The position numbers were made by a program, and so were the translations under genes. Source: Candidatus Lindowbacteria bacterium RIFCSPLOWO2_12_FULL_62_27 (GTDB lineage: Bacteria > Lindowbacteria > 2-12-FULL-62-27). From it: a stretch of DNA of 64,000 bases. Positions 19,468 to 27,749 of this stretch are shown one piece after another; the first letter of the stretch is position 1, and each line of letters starts with the position of its first letter. Below the pieces are notes generated by a model. The model was not told where the DNA came from and did no database searches. It worked only from the letters and a program-made list of their open reading frames with translations. The stretch lies in assembly GCA_001784175.1 (NCBI GenBank), contig MFPR01000040.1, positions 44,955 through 108,954 on the forward strand, given 5' to 3'.

Positions 19468-20001
19468 ATGGCGCCAAAAACTTGTGGTATTGGTGTAATT
19501 GTTTCGCTTCTGATCAGTATTCTCGGATTAGGAACCACCTTTGAGCAACCGAAATTCGAGATTGGCTTGGAAGGACAGTGGTTGTTGTCGGCAGGGGACA
19601 ATTACGAATGGAAGTTGCCCGAGTTTCATGCCGAGGGCTGGAAGACCACGCAGGTGCCTGCCGCGTGGGAGTCCCAAGGACTGACCGATTACAACGGGCA
19701 TGGCTGGTACCTGTACACCTTTGTCGTCCCCAAAGAGTGGGAGAAAACAGCCCGCGAGTTTATCCTCGACATGGGCCAGATTGACAACGAAGATGTCACG
19801 TATGTAAACGGCCAAGACGTCGGTTCTACCAGCGGCTGGAACGTACTCCGTTCCTACGGGATACCGAAACCCCTTGTGAAATTCGGAGAAAAAAACGTCA
19901 TCGTGGTCCGCATCTACGACCGCACAAGCGGCGGCATTCTTCGGGGTCCGATCAAACTCCGCAGCGGCGGCGTTGGCCGATTCGACGTCGAAGGCTATTA
20001 A
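19468..20001 (+). CDS. small secreted stand-alone jelly-roll domain protein, paralog 2 (lower GC than paralog 1)
   Basis: 177 aa, co-linear with the 17871..18407 product (..EWKLPEFHAEGWKTTQVPAAWESQGLTDYNGHGWYLYTFVVP..). Shine-Dalgarno-like AAGGGAGGG upstream. Confidence 0.7.
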   Translation: MAPKTCGIGVIVSLLISILGLGTTFEQPKFEIGLEGQWLLSAGDNYEWKLPEFHAEGWKTTQVPAAWESQGLTDYNGHGWYLYTFVVPKEWEKTAREFILDMGQIDNEDVTYVNGQDVGSTSGWNVLRSYGIPKPLVKFGEKNVIVVRIYDRTSGGILRGPIKLRSGGVGRFDVEGY

Positions 20002-20026
20002 AATCAAAGCCGACAATTCCAAAACG

Positions 20027-22426
20027 TTGCCTCCCTGCAACAAATTTCTGGTTGTGTCTCTCGCGCTGGTCCTTTCGGCCATCGGCGTTCTCCCGGACCC
20101 TGCCCGGGCAGACTACCGGGAAGTGTTTGACATCAGTGGCAACCACGTTTTCGCTGGTGAAGAACTCCTACGGATGGAGGGTACGTCTACGACCGGTCCA
20201 GGGTCTGGTGCGTTTGATTTTGTCAATGACCAGCGTCTGTACCGGGACTGGGGTGCAACGGTCAACGTCACGGAATGGGTCAACAATATGCAGTACAATC
20301 TCGATTTTGGCCGTGTCGGTACATGGTTCACGCCGCTGACCCTTCACAAGGAACGGTTCCGGCCCGGATACGCGAATAAGTTATACGACCGCTGGTGGGA
20401 CCAGCGCACCGTGCGGTTCCGGCTGTCCAAGGCCGACCGGGAAACCACCATGCTGTTCGCCAAGACCGCGAACGCCAACGACGACGATGAGTGGTGGGGA
20501 AACACCGCCGCGTACGACAACATCGACATCGACCGCTACTTTTTCGCGTTCCGCCACCGCTTCAACCTCGCCGGCCAGACGCTCGGGTTTTCCTTCGCCA
20601 ATGAGCATTTCTCATCCTTTAAAGGCGGCGGGATCGACCTCGAATCGCCTCTGCAGGGCGACATCCCGGACGATACACCGGTGGTCATCGCGGTGCTCGT
20701 CCGGGATGATTCGCCGCTGGACAAGGACGGCAATACCGACCAGGCCGGCGCCGCCGTGTACAACATCAGAACCTTCGTGGATGGCGCGGAGGACGCCTCC
20801 TTGGCGATCACCAACGGCGATCCCGCGGGCGCCAATACCGTGCGGTACGGCAATTTCATCGAGTCGGCCGACCGCGTTGAGATGATCGGTCCGACGTCCA
20901 CCGGTTTCTCGCACTTTGTGGTCTTCTATTTCCTGCCCCCCACCACCGCCAAATCCGTGAAATTCTTCATCGATGTGGCCGGCGATTACAACATCATCGC
21001 CGCGCCCATCTCTCTGGCCGATTTCAACGGCCGAAGCCTCACCCCGTTCAGCCTGCCGTTTCTCAAGACCACGCGCGCGAAAGGGAACATCCGCGATAAC
21101 TCGAACCGGCAGACCGTTGAGGTGTCGGTCAACAAATTGACTGGCCAGAGCGTCTTCGGCATCGATCTCCATGGGCTTGTCCCCTGGGTCAACGTCGCCT
21201 TTAACGCCGAAATCGCGCGTTCGTTTCGGTACGGCAAATATCCCGTCCAGAAGGGCATCCAGACCTCGGAACACGCCGATGCCCTCTATCTGGAGCTTTC
21301 AAGGGATTTCGGCAAGGTCCTCATGGTCACCAAGGCCTGGGATTTCGATCTCGACTACGACGCATCCTTCGCCGTGGAGGACAACGACGACCGCGACGAT
21401 CAGCCGGATGTCGTCGATTACTACACGTCGAATCTGCCGGGCATCGACCGCAACAACGAGAGCGGCCCGGATTACGAGGAGGACTGGCTGCTCTTTACGG
21501 TCGACCCGCCCGTGTTTCTGGAGGGCGTCGATTACAACAACAACGACGTGCTCGACAACCTCGAAAACGACGCCAAGCCGGACTACCCGAACGGCTGGAT
21601 CGTCGGCACGCGCGGGTTCCACAGCACCCTCGCATGGAAGCCGGTGGCGGGGCTTCGGCTGACGGGCGGGTACCGGGACGAGAAGCGGGCCGTCGATGAA
21701 ACCTCCAACCGCCTGCATCACGCCCGGGCCCGGTATTCGTTCGGCCTCCCCGGCGGCGACGCCGTCCTGCGTTACGATTTCAAACGCGCGAAAGACACGA
21801 TCAACAACGACCTCGTGACGATCCCGTACGATTACGCCCAGCGCACGGAAAACCAGACGGACACCTTGGTGTTTCGCGACGCCATTCGCCAGCAGGCCGA
21901 CGTCACCCTGAATTTCCGGCCGGTCGAAAAACTGCCGATCACCGCGCGATACGCGCACGTGTTCCAGCGGCGGAAATACAACACGAGCATCGTCAACCAG
22001 GGCATCGCGATTCTGCGCGGGCAGTACGAGAACTGGCATCCGTTCCGGAGCGTCGGGTTTCTCGCCGACTGGCAAATCCTGCCGCTGTTCAAATTCCAGC
22101 GTGAATTTTCGTTTTCGGAGGCGGCCCAGAAACGCACCCACCTCTCCGACTTCTTCACCCAGTCCTTCGGAATCGAGGCCATCCGGAAGCTTTCGGACAA
22201 GACCAAGTTTTTCATGGGACACCAGATCCAGAGCCAGTCGAATTTCCTGTCGCAGACCGACTATGACCGGGGCGTGACGGCCTTCCAGCTTGTTCACAAG
22301 AACCGGTTCCGGGACAAGGAGGTTGTCATCACCACCGGCGTGAACATCATCTCCAAACGAAGCGAAAACGCCGCCGACAACCTCGAAACGATCTTCTCGT
22401 ATTTCAGGTCGTACTTCCAATGGTAA
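20027..22426 (+). CDS. predicted outer-membrane beta-barrel protein (porin-like), D/N-rich
   Basis: The TTG start at 20027 is chosen to avoid an overlap with the upstream gene; the in-frame ATG at 19973 is the alternative. Signal peptide ..KFLVVSLALVLSAIGVLPDPARA. Alternating hydrophobic beta-strand pattern and a C-terminal aromatic end ..FSYFRSYFQW, typical of OM barrels. Confidence 0.5.
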   Translation: MPPCNKFLVVSLALVLSAIGVLPDPARADYREVFDISGNHVFAGEELLRMEGTSTTGPGSGAFDFVNDQRLYRDWGATVNVTEWVNNMQYNLDFGRVGTWFTPLTLHKERFRPGYANKLYDRWWDQRTVRFRLSKADRETTMLFAKTANANDDDEWWGNTAAYDNIDIDRYFFAFRHRFNLAGQTLGFSFANEHFSSFKGGGIDLESPLQGDIPDDTPVVIAVLVRDDSPLDKDGNTDQAGAAVYNIRTFVDGAEDASLAITNGDPAGANTVRYGNFIESADRVEMIGPTSTGFSHFVVFYFLPPTTAKSVKFFIDVAGDYNIIAAPISLADFNGRSLTPFSLPFLKTTRAKGNIRDNSNRQTVEVSVNKLTGQSVFGIDLHGLVPWVNVAFNAEIARSFRYGKYPVQKGIQTSEHADALYLELSRDFGKVLMVTKAWDFDLDYDASFAVEDNDDRDDQPDVVDYYTSNLPGIDRNNESGPDYEEDWLLFTVDPPVFLEGVDYNNNDVLDNLENDAKPDYPNGWIVGTRGFHSTLAWKPVAGLRLTGGYRDEKRAVDETSNRLHHARARYSFGLPGGDAVLRYDFKRAKDTINNDLVTIPYDYAQRTENQTDTLVFRDAIRQQADVTLNFRPVEKLPITARYAHVFQRRKYNTSIVNQGIAILRGQYENWHPFRSVGFLADWQILPLFKFQREFSFSEAAQKRTHLSDFFTQSFGIEAIRKLSDKTKFFMGHQIQSQSNFLSQTDYDRGVTAFQLVHKNRFRDKEVVITTGVNIISKRSENAADNLETIFSYFRSYFQW

Positions 22427-25014
22427 CTATCCACCTCCTCTCCCCCCGCAGGGGGATGCGATGTTGGCCGGCCGTCCTTGTCCTCGCCTTGATGTGCATG
22501 TCTCCATCGGCGGTCCATGCGGCCGGGCTCATTGACAGTTTTGAAAATGACAATGCTCTTTCTGACGGTTCTGGCGCAGACGGTAAATGGGTTGTCGGAT
22601 CCGGGACTTATACGCTGACTTACGAATCGAACCGAACGTTTTTTTCGAAAGGCGCGATGCGTGTCGATTATAACAAGGCAGGCACGGCTTATACTTGGAT
22701 TGAAATTAAGGGTGTCGATACAAACATTGGCGCCAATTTCTCCAACGACACATTCATGACGGCTCGAGTTTTTGGCGCCGTCTCCATCCTGGCTAAATTC
22801 CGCGATGACGACTGTGAAAGTGATGTGCAGGTCGCCACGACTACGAATGCGACGGGATGGTCGCTTGTCACTTGGAAATATAATCCCAATGCACAGGTAG
22901 TTGGCTTATGTACCATCAATCCGAATAATATAAAAGATATGCTGTTCTTTGTGGCTCCGGGGGATACTGCCCCATCCGGAACCTTTTACATGGACAACCT
23001 CTGGCTCGGGTACGGCTATCCGAACGCCCCCGACACCGTGACCAACCTCATCGCCGTGCCGGGACCCAAAAACGGGCAGGCGCGCCTGAGCTGGACCGCG
23101 ATCGGGGACACGAACGGGCAGGACCGCGTCAAGCAGTATCTGATCCGGCAGAGCACGAGCACCATCACAGAGTCCGGGTTCAATTCCCTGACGGACCTGA
23201 CCGGTATTCCGGCGCCGTCGGCCGCCGGAACGCTCGATTCGATGATCGTGTCCGGCCTCACGGCCGGCCAGACCTATTATTTCGCCATCAAGGCGGTGGA
23301 TACGAACAGCCAGACCGACAGCCTGTCCAACGTGGCCCAGTCGGCCGCGCTGTCCTCCTCGGCCGGCAGCCTCGTCTTTGACGATTTCTCCGATGGATAC
23401 ACCAAGCCAAACGGATTCGGCAAGGACGTCGGCCAGTGGTCCAGCGGCGGCGCGACCATTTTCATCTCGACGGCCGCTCCCGCCAATTCGCTCGGCAACA
23501 TCGGCGGCGCGCTGGATATCACCTACAACCGAGGCACCGGCGAGTGCGGGTACTATTCCGTCTTGGGCGAAACGGACCTCTCCGCCTACAAGGGCATTTC
23601 TTTCTGGGCGCGCGGCGCCCTCGGTGGGGAGGAATTTCTGATCGGGTTGAAATCGGTTGTGAACGGCAAGGAATCGAAACTGCGCGCCCACGTCTATCTC
23701 AAGCAGGCGCGGATCACGGCGGCGTGGCAGAAAATCGTGATCCCGTTCGCCGCCTTTAACAAACTCGATCCCAGCGAGGTCGCCACGAGCGGGACGCCGA
23801 CCAATCCGCTGACGAAAATGGAAAACGTGTCGTTCACGTTCGGCACCCAGACGGCCTCCGCCTCCGGACAGGTCTTCATCGACGACATCGCGTTCGTGAA
23901 ATCCGTGCCGGTCGTCTTCCTCGAAAATTTCGACACCACGGCCGATCCGTCCGAAGGCACCCACGCGGCGGGCGGAAACGAGGGCGACCTCAATACGAAC
24001 AACGACGATCCCTTCATAGTGGAAAACGGACACGCCAAACTCACGTCGACCATCGCCAACCAGGGGGTATTTCTGACCCTGCTCCAGTTCGGCGACAGCA
24101 CCGGACTCGGGGACAAGACGACGCCCTTCATCGAGGCGACGCATATTTCCTTGTACGCGCGCGGCAACGTCGGCGGAGAATCGCTCGAGATCAACCTTCA
24201 GGACAAGTACAATCAAAGCCGGGCTGTGAACGTGCGGGACGTTCTCGGCACGGCCCTTCCCGCCGTCTGGACAAAAGTGTCGGTTCCGCTGATCCTGTTT
24301 CCCGGGGTCGACATGACGTTCATGGACGCCGTCCATATCCGTCTGGCCGAGGCCGGCAAGATCGCGTTCATCGATTCGATCGTCTTCGACGACAGCGCCA
24401 CGCCCACCGCGCCGTCCAATCTCCTCCTGAACGGCGTCCTCGCCACCGCCAACGCGCCCCTCACGACCCGCAACACCCTCAGCGTCACGGCCGACGACGG
24501 CGCCACGGACGTCAGCATGCAGGAGGTCCGCTTCGAGTACTCGACCACCGGCGGGTCGGACTGGAGCCTGATCGGTGTCGACCGAGACGTCGCCGATAAC
24601 ACGTACCAGGTAATCTGGGTCACCCGCAACATCGCGGGCGCCCCTTTCTACGCGGCTGTTCCCGTCAACCTCTCCTACCGCGCCGTCGCCGTGGACGTCG
24701 CGGGCAACACCACCGCCACGGCCGCGCTGGCGGCGTCCACGATCAACACGAGCAACGTGGTCGTCTATCCCAATCCCTACTATCCGTTGCAGGGCGGAAA
24801 AATGAAAATCACCAACCTGTCGACCGGCGCGACGGTCAATATCTACACGCTCTCGGGCGAGCTGGTTGTGCAGCTCCTGGATTCCGACAACGACGGCCAG
24901 GTCGACTGGACGGGCGTCAACAAGGGCGGCGACCGCGTCGCCAGCGGCCTGTACCTCTACGAGGCGATCCTCTCGGCGGGTAGAGAGCGCGGAAAGCTGG
25001 TTGTAATTAAATGA
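22420..25014 (+). CDS. secreted multidomain carbohydrate-binding protein (CBM-like modules and FN3) with a T9SS C-terminal sorting domain
   Basis: Signal peptide (alternative start at ATG 22456). FN3-like ..KQYLIRQS..GLTAGQTYYFAIKAVD. CBM-like module LVFDDFSDGY..QVFIDDIAFV. The C-terminus VVVYPNPYYPLQGGKMKITNLSTGATVNIYTLSGELV..WTGVNKGGDRVASGLYLYEA..KLVVIK matches the T9SS type-A CTD pattern. Confidence 0.7.
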   Translation: MVTIHLLSPRRGMRCWPAVLVLALMCMSPSAVHAAGLIDSFENDNALSDGSGADGKWVVGSGTYTLTYESNRTFFSKGAMRVDYNKAGTAYTWIEIKGVDTNIGANFSNDTFMTARVFGAVSILAKFRDDDCESDVQVATTTNATGWSLVTWKYNPNAQVVGLCTINPNNIKDMLFFVAPGDTAPSGTFYMDNLWLGYGYPNAPDTVTNLIAVPGPKNGQARLSWTAIGDTNGQDRVKQYLIRQSTSTITESGFNSLTDLTGIPAPSAAGTLDSMIVSGLTAGQTYYFAIKAVDTNSQTDSLSNVAQSAALSSSAGSLVFDDFSDGYTKPNGFGKDVGQWSSGGATIFISTAAPANSLGNIGGALDITYNRGTGECGYYSVLGETDLSAYKGISFWARGALGGEEFLIGLKSVVNGKESKLRAHVYLKQARITAAWQKIVIPFAAFNKLDPSEVATSGTPTNPLTKMENVSFTFGTQTASASGQVFIDDIAFVKSVPVVFLENFDTTADPSEGTHAAGGNEGDLNTNNDDPFIVENGHAKLTSTIANQGVFLTLLQFGDSTGLGDKTTPFIEATHISLYARGNVGGESLEINLQDKYNQSRAVNVRDVLGTALPAVWTKVSVPLILFPGVDMTFMDAVHIRLAEAGKIAFIDSIVFDDSATPTAPSNLLLNGVLATANAPLTTRNTLSVTADDGATDVSMQEVRFEYSTTGGSDWSLIGVDRDVADNTYQVIWVTRNIAGAPFYAAVPVNLSYRAVAVDVAGNTTATAALAASTINTSNVVVYPNPYYPLQGGKMKITNLSTGATVNIYTLSGELVVQLLDSDNDGQVDWTGVNKGGDRVASGLYLYEAILSAGRERGKLVVIK
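22432..22456. repeat. truncated 5' half of the hairpin element (25 nt identical to 14432-14456), ending at the ATG at 22456
   Basis: cacctcctctccccccgcaggggg is identical to the start of the copy at 14432. Confidence 0.75.
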
Positions 25015-26456
25015 GAATACTTGTTTCGTCGCTCCTCGTGGTCTGTGCCTGTTTCAACGCGTTTGCCGGCGGCGTCGGCACCACCGGCGCGAATTTCCTG
25101 AAAATCCCCGCCGGCGCGCGCGGGATGGCGGTGGGCGGCGCGTTCGGTGCGGTGGCCGACGACGCGTTCGGCGCGTACTGGAACCCGGCCGGGATCGTGG
25201 AGACGGCGCGCGCCCAGACAGGATTCAGCCACGTCGAATGGTTGGAGGGGATCAGTTACGAACACGTCAGCGCGGTGGTCCCGCTCGGCCGCGGCCGCAT
25301 CACCTCCCTGCCGCTTCTGGTCGACGATTTCGACGACGGCGCCGATCCCAACGCCCTCGGCGGGCCCATCGGCGCATGGTCCGATCAGGACGCCGGCGGA
25401 TCGTCCATCCTCACCACCGGATATCGCGCCGAAAGACGCGGGCGGTCTTATCGCGTCACCTATCTGGTCCAACCCAGGCCGGACGGCAAGCCCGGTGCGG
25501 CCGGATGGTGGATCGGGATGGAGGGCCGGAACGTGAAGAGCTACCGGTTTCTGGCGTTTCGCATCCGCGGCGCCTACGGCGGGGAGACCGTGACCATCGG
25601 CCTGAAGGACAAAAAGCAGGTTGAAACGCGGGTGGCGCTCTCCGCCTACGGCGGCGTGACGGCGTCCTGGCGAGAGGTGCTGATCCCGCTGGCCGATTTC
25701 AAGAACGTCGATCTTACCCAGCTTGACAATATATCGCTGGCCTTCGCCGGGTCCGGCGCGGTGTATCTCGACGACCTCATGTTTTCCGGCAAGCGGTCCA
25801 GCGTCCACGGCCTCGGGGTTTCCGCCGGGTATCTCACGTCCGGCAAAATCCCGAGAACGGTCGAGATCGCCGCGTTTCCGTTTTATCAGGAGGTCGGCAG
25901 TTTCGATGTCGGCGCGTCGGTCCTCGGCGTCACGTACGGCCGGGGATTCCTGCTCGGCCCCGTCTATATGCCGGCCGGATTCACCCTGAAATACATCGGC
26001 GAGAATCTCGCCGAGGAACACGCCTCCGGATACGCCCTCGATGTCGGGCTTCTCCTCTCCCCCGCCGACAGCCGCCGGTTCCGGTTCGGCGTGTCCATCC
26101 AGAACATCGGATCGATGAAAGCCTTTGTCCAGGAAGCCGACCCGCTGCCGCTCAACGTCAAAACATCGTTTCTCCTCAAGTCCGATTCCGGCCGCACCCT
26201 CTTCTCGGCCGACATGGACCTTCCCGTCGACGAAGAACCCAGGTTCCGGCTGGGCATCGAGTCGTGGCTCTTCAGATTCTTCAGCCTGCGCGCCGGGTAT
26301 GCCTTCGGCGAAAAAGGCGAAGGACTGCGCGGCGCCGCCGCCGGCCTGGGCGTTCAACTCGGCGGCGTCGTGATCGATTATGCGTTTACCCCGTGGGGCG
26401 ATCTGGGCGACGCCCACCGGTTCTCGGCCACGCTGGTGTGGGGACAGGCCCGATGA
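25011..26456 (+). CDS. PorV/PorQ-family-like outer-membrane protein with an inserted CBM-like module
   Basis: The ATG overlaps the upstream stop (ATGA). The N-terminal region ..GANFLKIPAGARGMAVGGAFGAVADDAFGAYWNPAGI resembles the conserved start of PorV/PorQ-family proteins. A CBM-like insertion (DDFDDGADPNALGG..AVYLDDLMFS) is homologous to modules in the upstream cargo protein. The C-terminal ..WGDLGDAHRFSATLVWGQAR is barrel-like. Confidence 0.55.
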   Translation: MRILVSSLLVVCACFNAFAGGVGTTGANFLKIPAGARGMAVGGAFGAVADDAFGAYWNPAGIVETARAQTGFSHVEWLEGISYEHVSAVVPLGRGRITSLPLLVDDFDDGADPNALGGPIGAWSDQDAGGSSILTTGYRAERRGRSYRVTYLVQPRPDGKPGAAGWWIGMEGRNVKSYRFLAFRIRGAYGGETVTIGLKDKKQVETRVALSAYGGVTASWREVLIPLADFKNVDLTQLDNISLAFAGSGAVYLDDLMFSGKRSSVHGLGVSAGYLTSGKIPRTVEIAAFPFYQEVGSFDVGASVLGVTYGRGFLLGPVYMPAGFTLKYIGENLAEEHASGYALDVGLLLSPADSRRFRFGVSIQNIGSMKAFVQEADPLPLNVKTSFLLKSDSGRTLFSADMDLPVDEEPRFRLGIESWLFRFFSLRAGYAFGEKGEGLRGAAAGLGVQLGGVVIDYAFTPWGDLGDAHRFSATLVWGQAR

Positions 26457-27676
26457 GAAGGAGATTTTGGATTTTGGATTTTGGATTTTGGATTGTCGGG
26501 ATACTTCTGTGCTGGAGCCTCTCGGCCGTCGCCGCGCAGCCGCCCGCTGCGACGCTCCTGTTTGCGCCGCCTGGCGCCGGGAGCGTCGGTATGTCGGCCG
26601 CCGGCGCCGAGGACATCGGGTCGGCCCTCTGGCACAACCCGGCCGGACTTGTGCATCTGCGGTACCGCGAGATCGAGGCCGGGTTTGGCAGCAACTCGAA
26701 CGGATTCGACGCGCACGCCGGATATTTCGACCCGGGTAAACCCATTCTCGGTTTGCCGATGGCGTTCCGCTTCGACGCGCTGACCTCCAACGTCCTTCTC
26801 AGCGACACCAGCCCGGATCGGAAGTTCGGCGACGGCCATCTGATCGCCGTTTCCGCCGGCGCCGGTTTTTACGCCGCTTCGCGGTTGTCGCTCGGTGCGG
26901 CCACGCGGTTCTTCCATCTGAAAGCTCCGGCCGGAAACGGCGTTGGCGCCGTCGCGGATCTCGGCGCGATCTACCGCCCCGGCGAATTGATCCGATTCTC
27001 ATACGGCATCAAAAACCTTGGCTTCGTATCCAGCATTCCCGGTAGCCAGGGCGACATGCCCGTGACCCAGCTTTTGGGCGTTCACGTCAAATCCCCCGCG
27101 CGGGGCAACATCGCGATGGACGCCGTCCTGGGCTGGCCGGCCGACCTCAAGGGCTTCTGGAGTGTGGCCGGGACCTACCGGTTCACGGAGTCGTTGGGCA
27201 TGCGATTTCATCTGGCCGAGGCCAAAGACATCCCGGTCATCGACGGGCGCGGGATTGGATTCTTTCTAAACACATATTGGGGCAAGTTCGATCTGTCGTA
27301 TCAGTTGGCGGAGCTTGGAAATTTCCTCAGGTTCACCTGGATCCGCCGATCGAGCCGGCCCCCTGAAACCTACCCACCCCTCCTCCGGAGCCGGCCGCGT
27401 CCCCCCCCCGCCGCGGGCTCTATTATATATGGAGAGGCGGAAGGTGAACCTGCGAAGGAAAAGACCGGGTCGCCGGCCGGATCAGCGCCTCCGGCGCCGC
27501 CCGGGCGGATCAAGGATGCCGAAGGCACCCCGGCGGTGGCGACGCCGGTGGACGCGGAACCGCCGTCCACGGAGGAGTTTTTCCGTCCGGCCCCCAAGCG
27601 TCCTTCTGTGCCCGAAGGTCCGGCCGCCGACGCCGACGCCCCGGCGGCCGTCGCTGTCCCGGTGGACGAACGATGA
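26453..27676 (+). CDS. second PorV/PorQ-family-like outer-membrane protein with a Pro/Ala-rich low-complexity C-terminal tail
   Basis: ATGA overlap with the upstream gene. N-terminus MRRRFWILDFGFWIVGILLCWSLSAVAA (heptamer element plus signal peptide). ..GSVGMSAAGAEDIGSALWHNPAGL motif. The C-terminal 100 aa are P/A/E-rich and include an in-frame GSAPPAPP element. Confidence 0.5.
   Translation: MRRRFWILDFGFWIVGILLCWSLSAVAAQPPAATLLFAPPGAGSVGMSAAGAEDIGSALWHNPAGLVHLRYREIEAGFGSNSNGFDAHAGYFDPGKPILGLPMAFRFDALTSNVLLSDTSPDRKFGDGHLIAVSAGAGFYAASRLSLGAATRFFHLKAPAGNGVGAVADLGAIYRPGELIRFSYGIKNLGFVSSIPGSQGDMPVTQLLGVHVKSPARGNIAMDAVLGWPADLKGFWSVAGTYRFTESLGMRFHLAEAKDIPVIDGRGIGFFLNTYWGKFDLSYQLAELGNFLRFTWIRRSSRPPETYPPLLRSRPRPPPAAGSIIYGEAEGEPAKEKTGSPAGSAPPAPPGRIKDAEGTPAVATPVDAEPPSTEEFFRPAPKRPSVPEGPAADADAPAAVAVPVDER
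26463..26487. repeat. heptamer mini-element (GATTTTG)x3.5 at codons 4-12 of CDS 26453..27676 (RFWILDFGFWI)
   Basis: gattttggattttggattttggatt follows ATGAGAAGGA. Confidence 0.9.
27477..27504. repeat. partial copy of the second element family, in frame as ..GSAPPAPPG.. within the low-complexity tail of CDS 26453..27676
   Basis: ccggatcagcgcctccggcgccgcccgg. Confidence 0.6.
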
Positions 27677-27749
27677 AAAAGGATCCGTTGCCGTACTTCA
27701 CCGCAATGACAATATTGCGAACCCATGCTATAAAGGAGGTTCTACCGAT

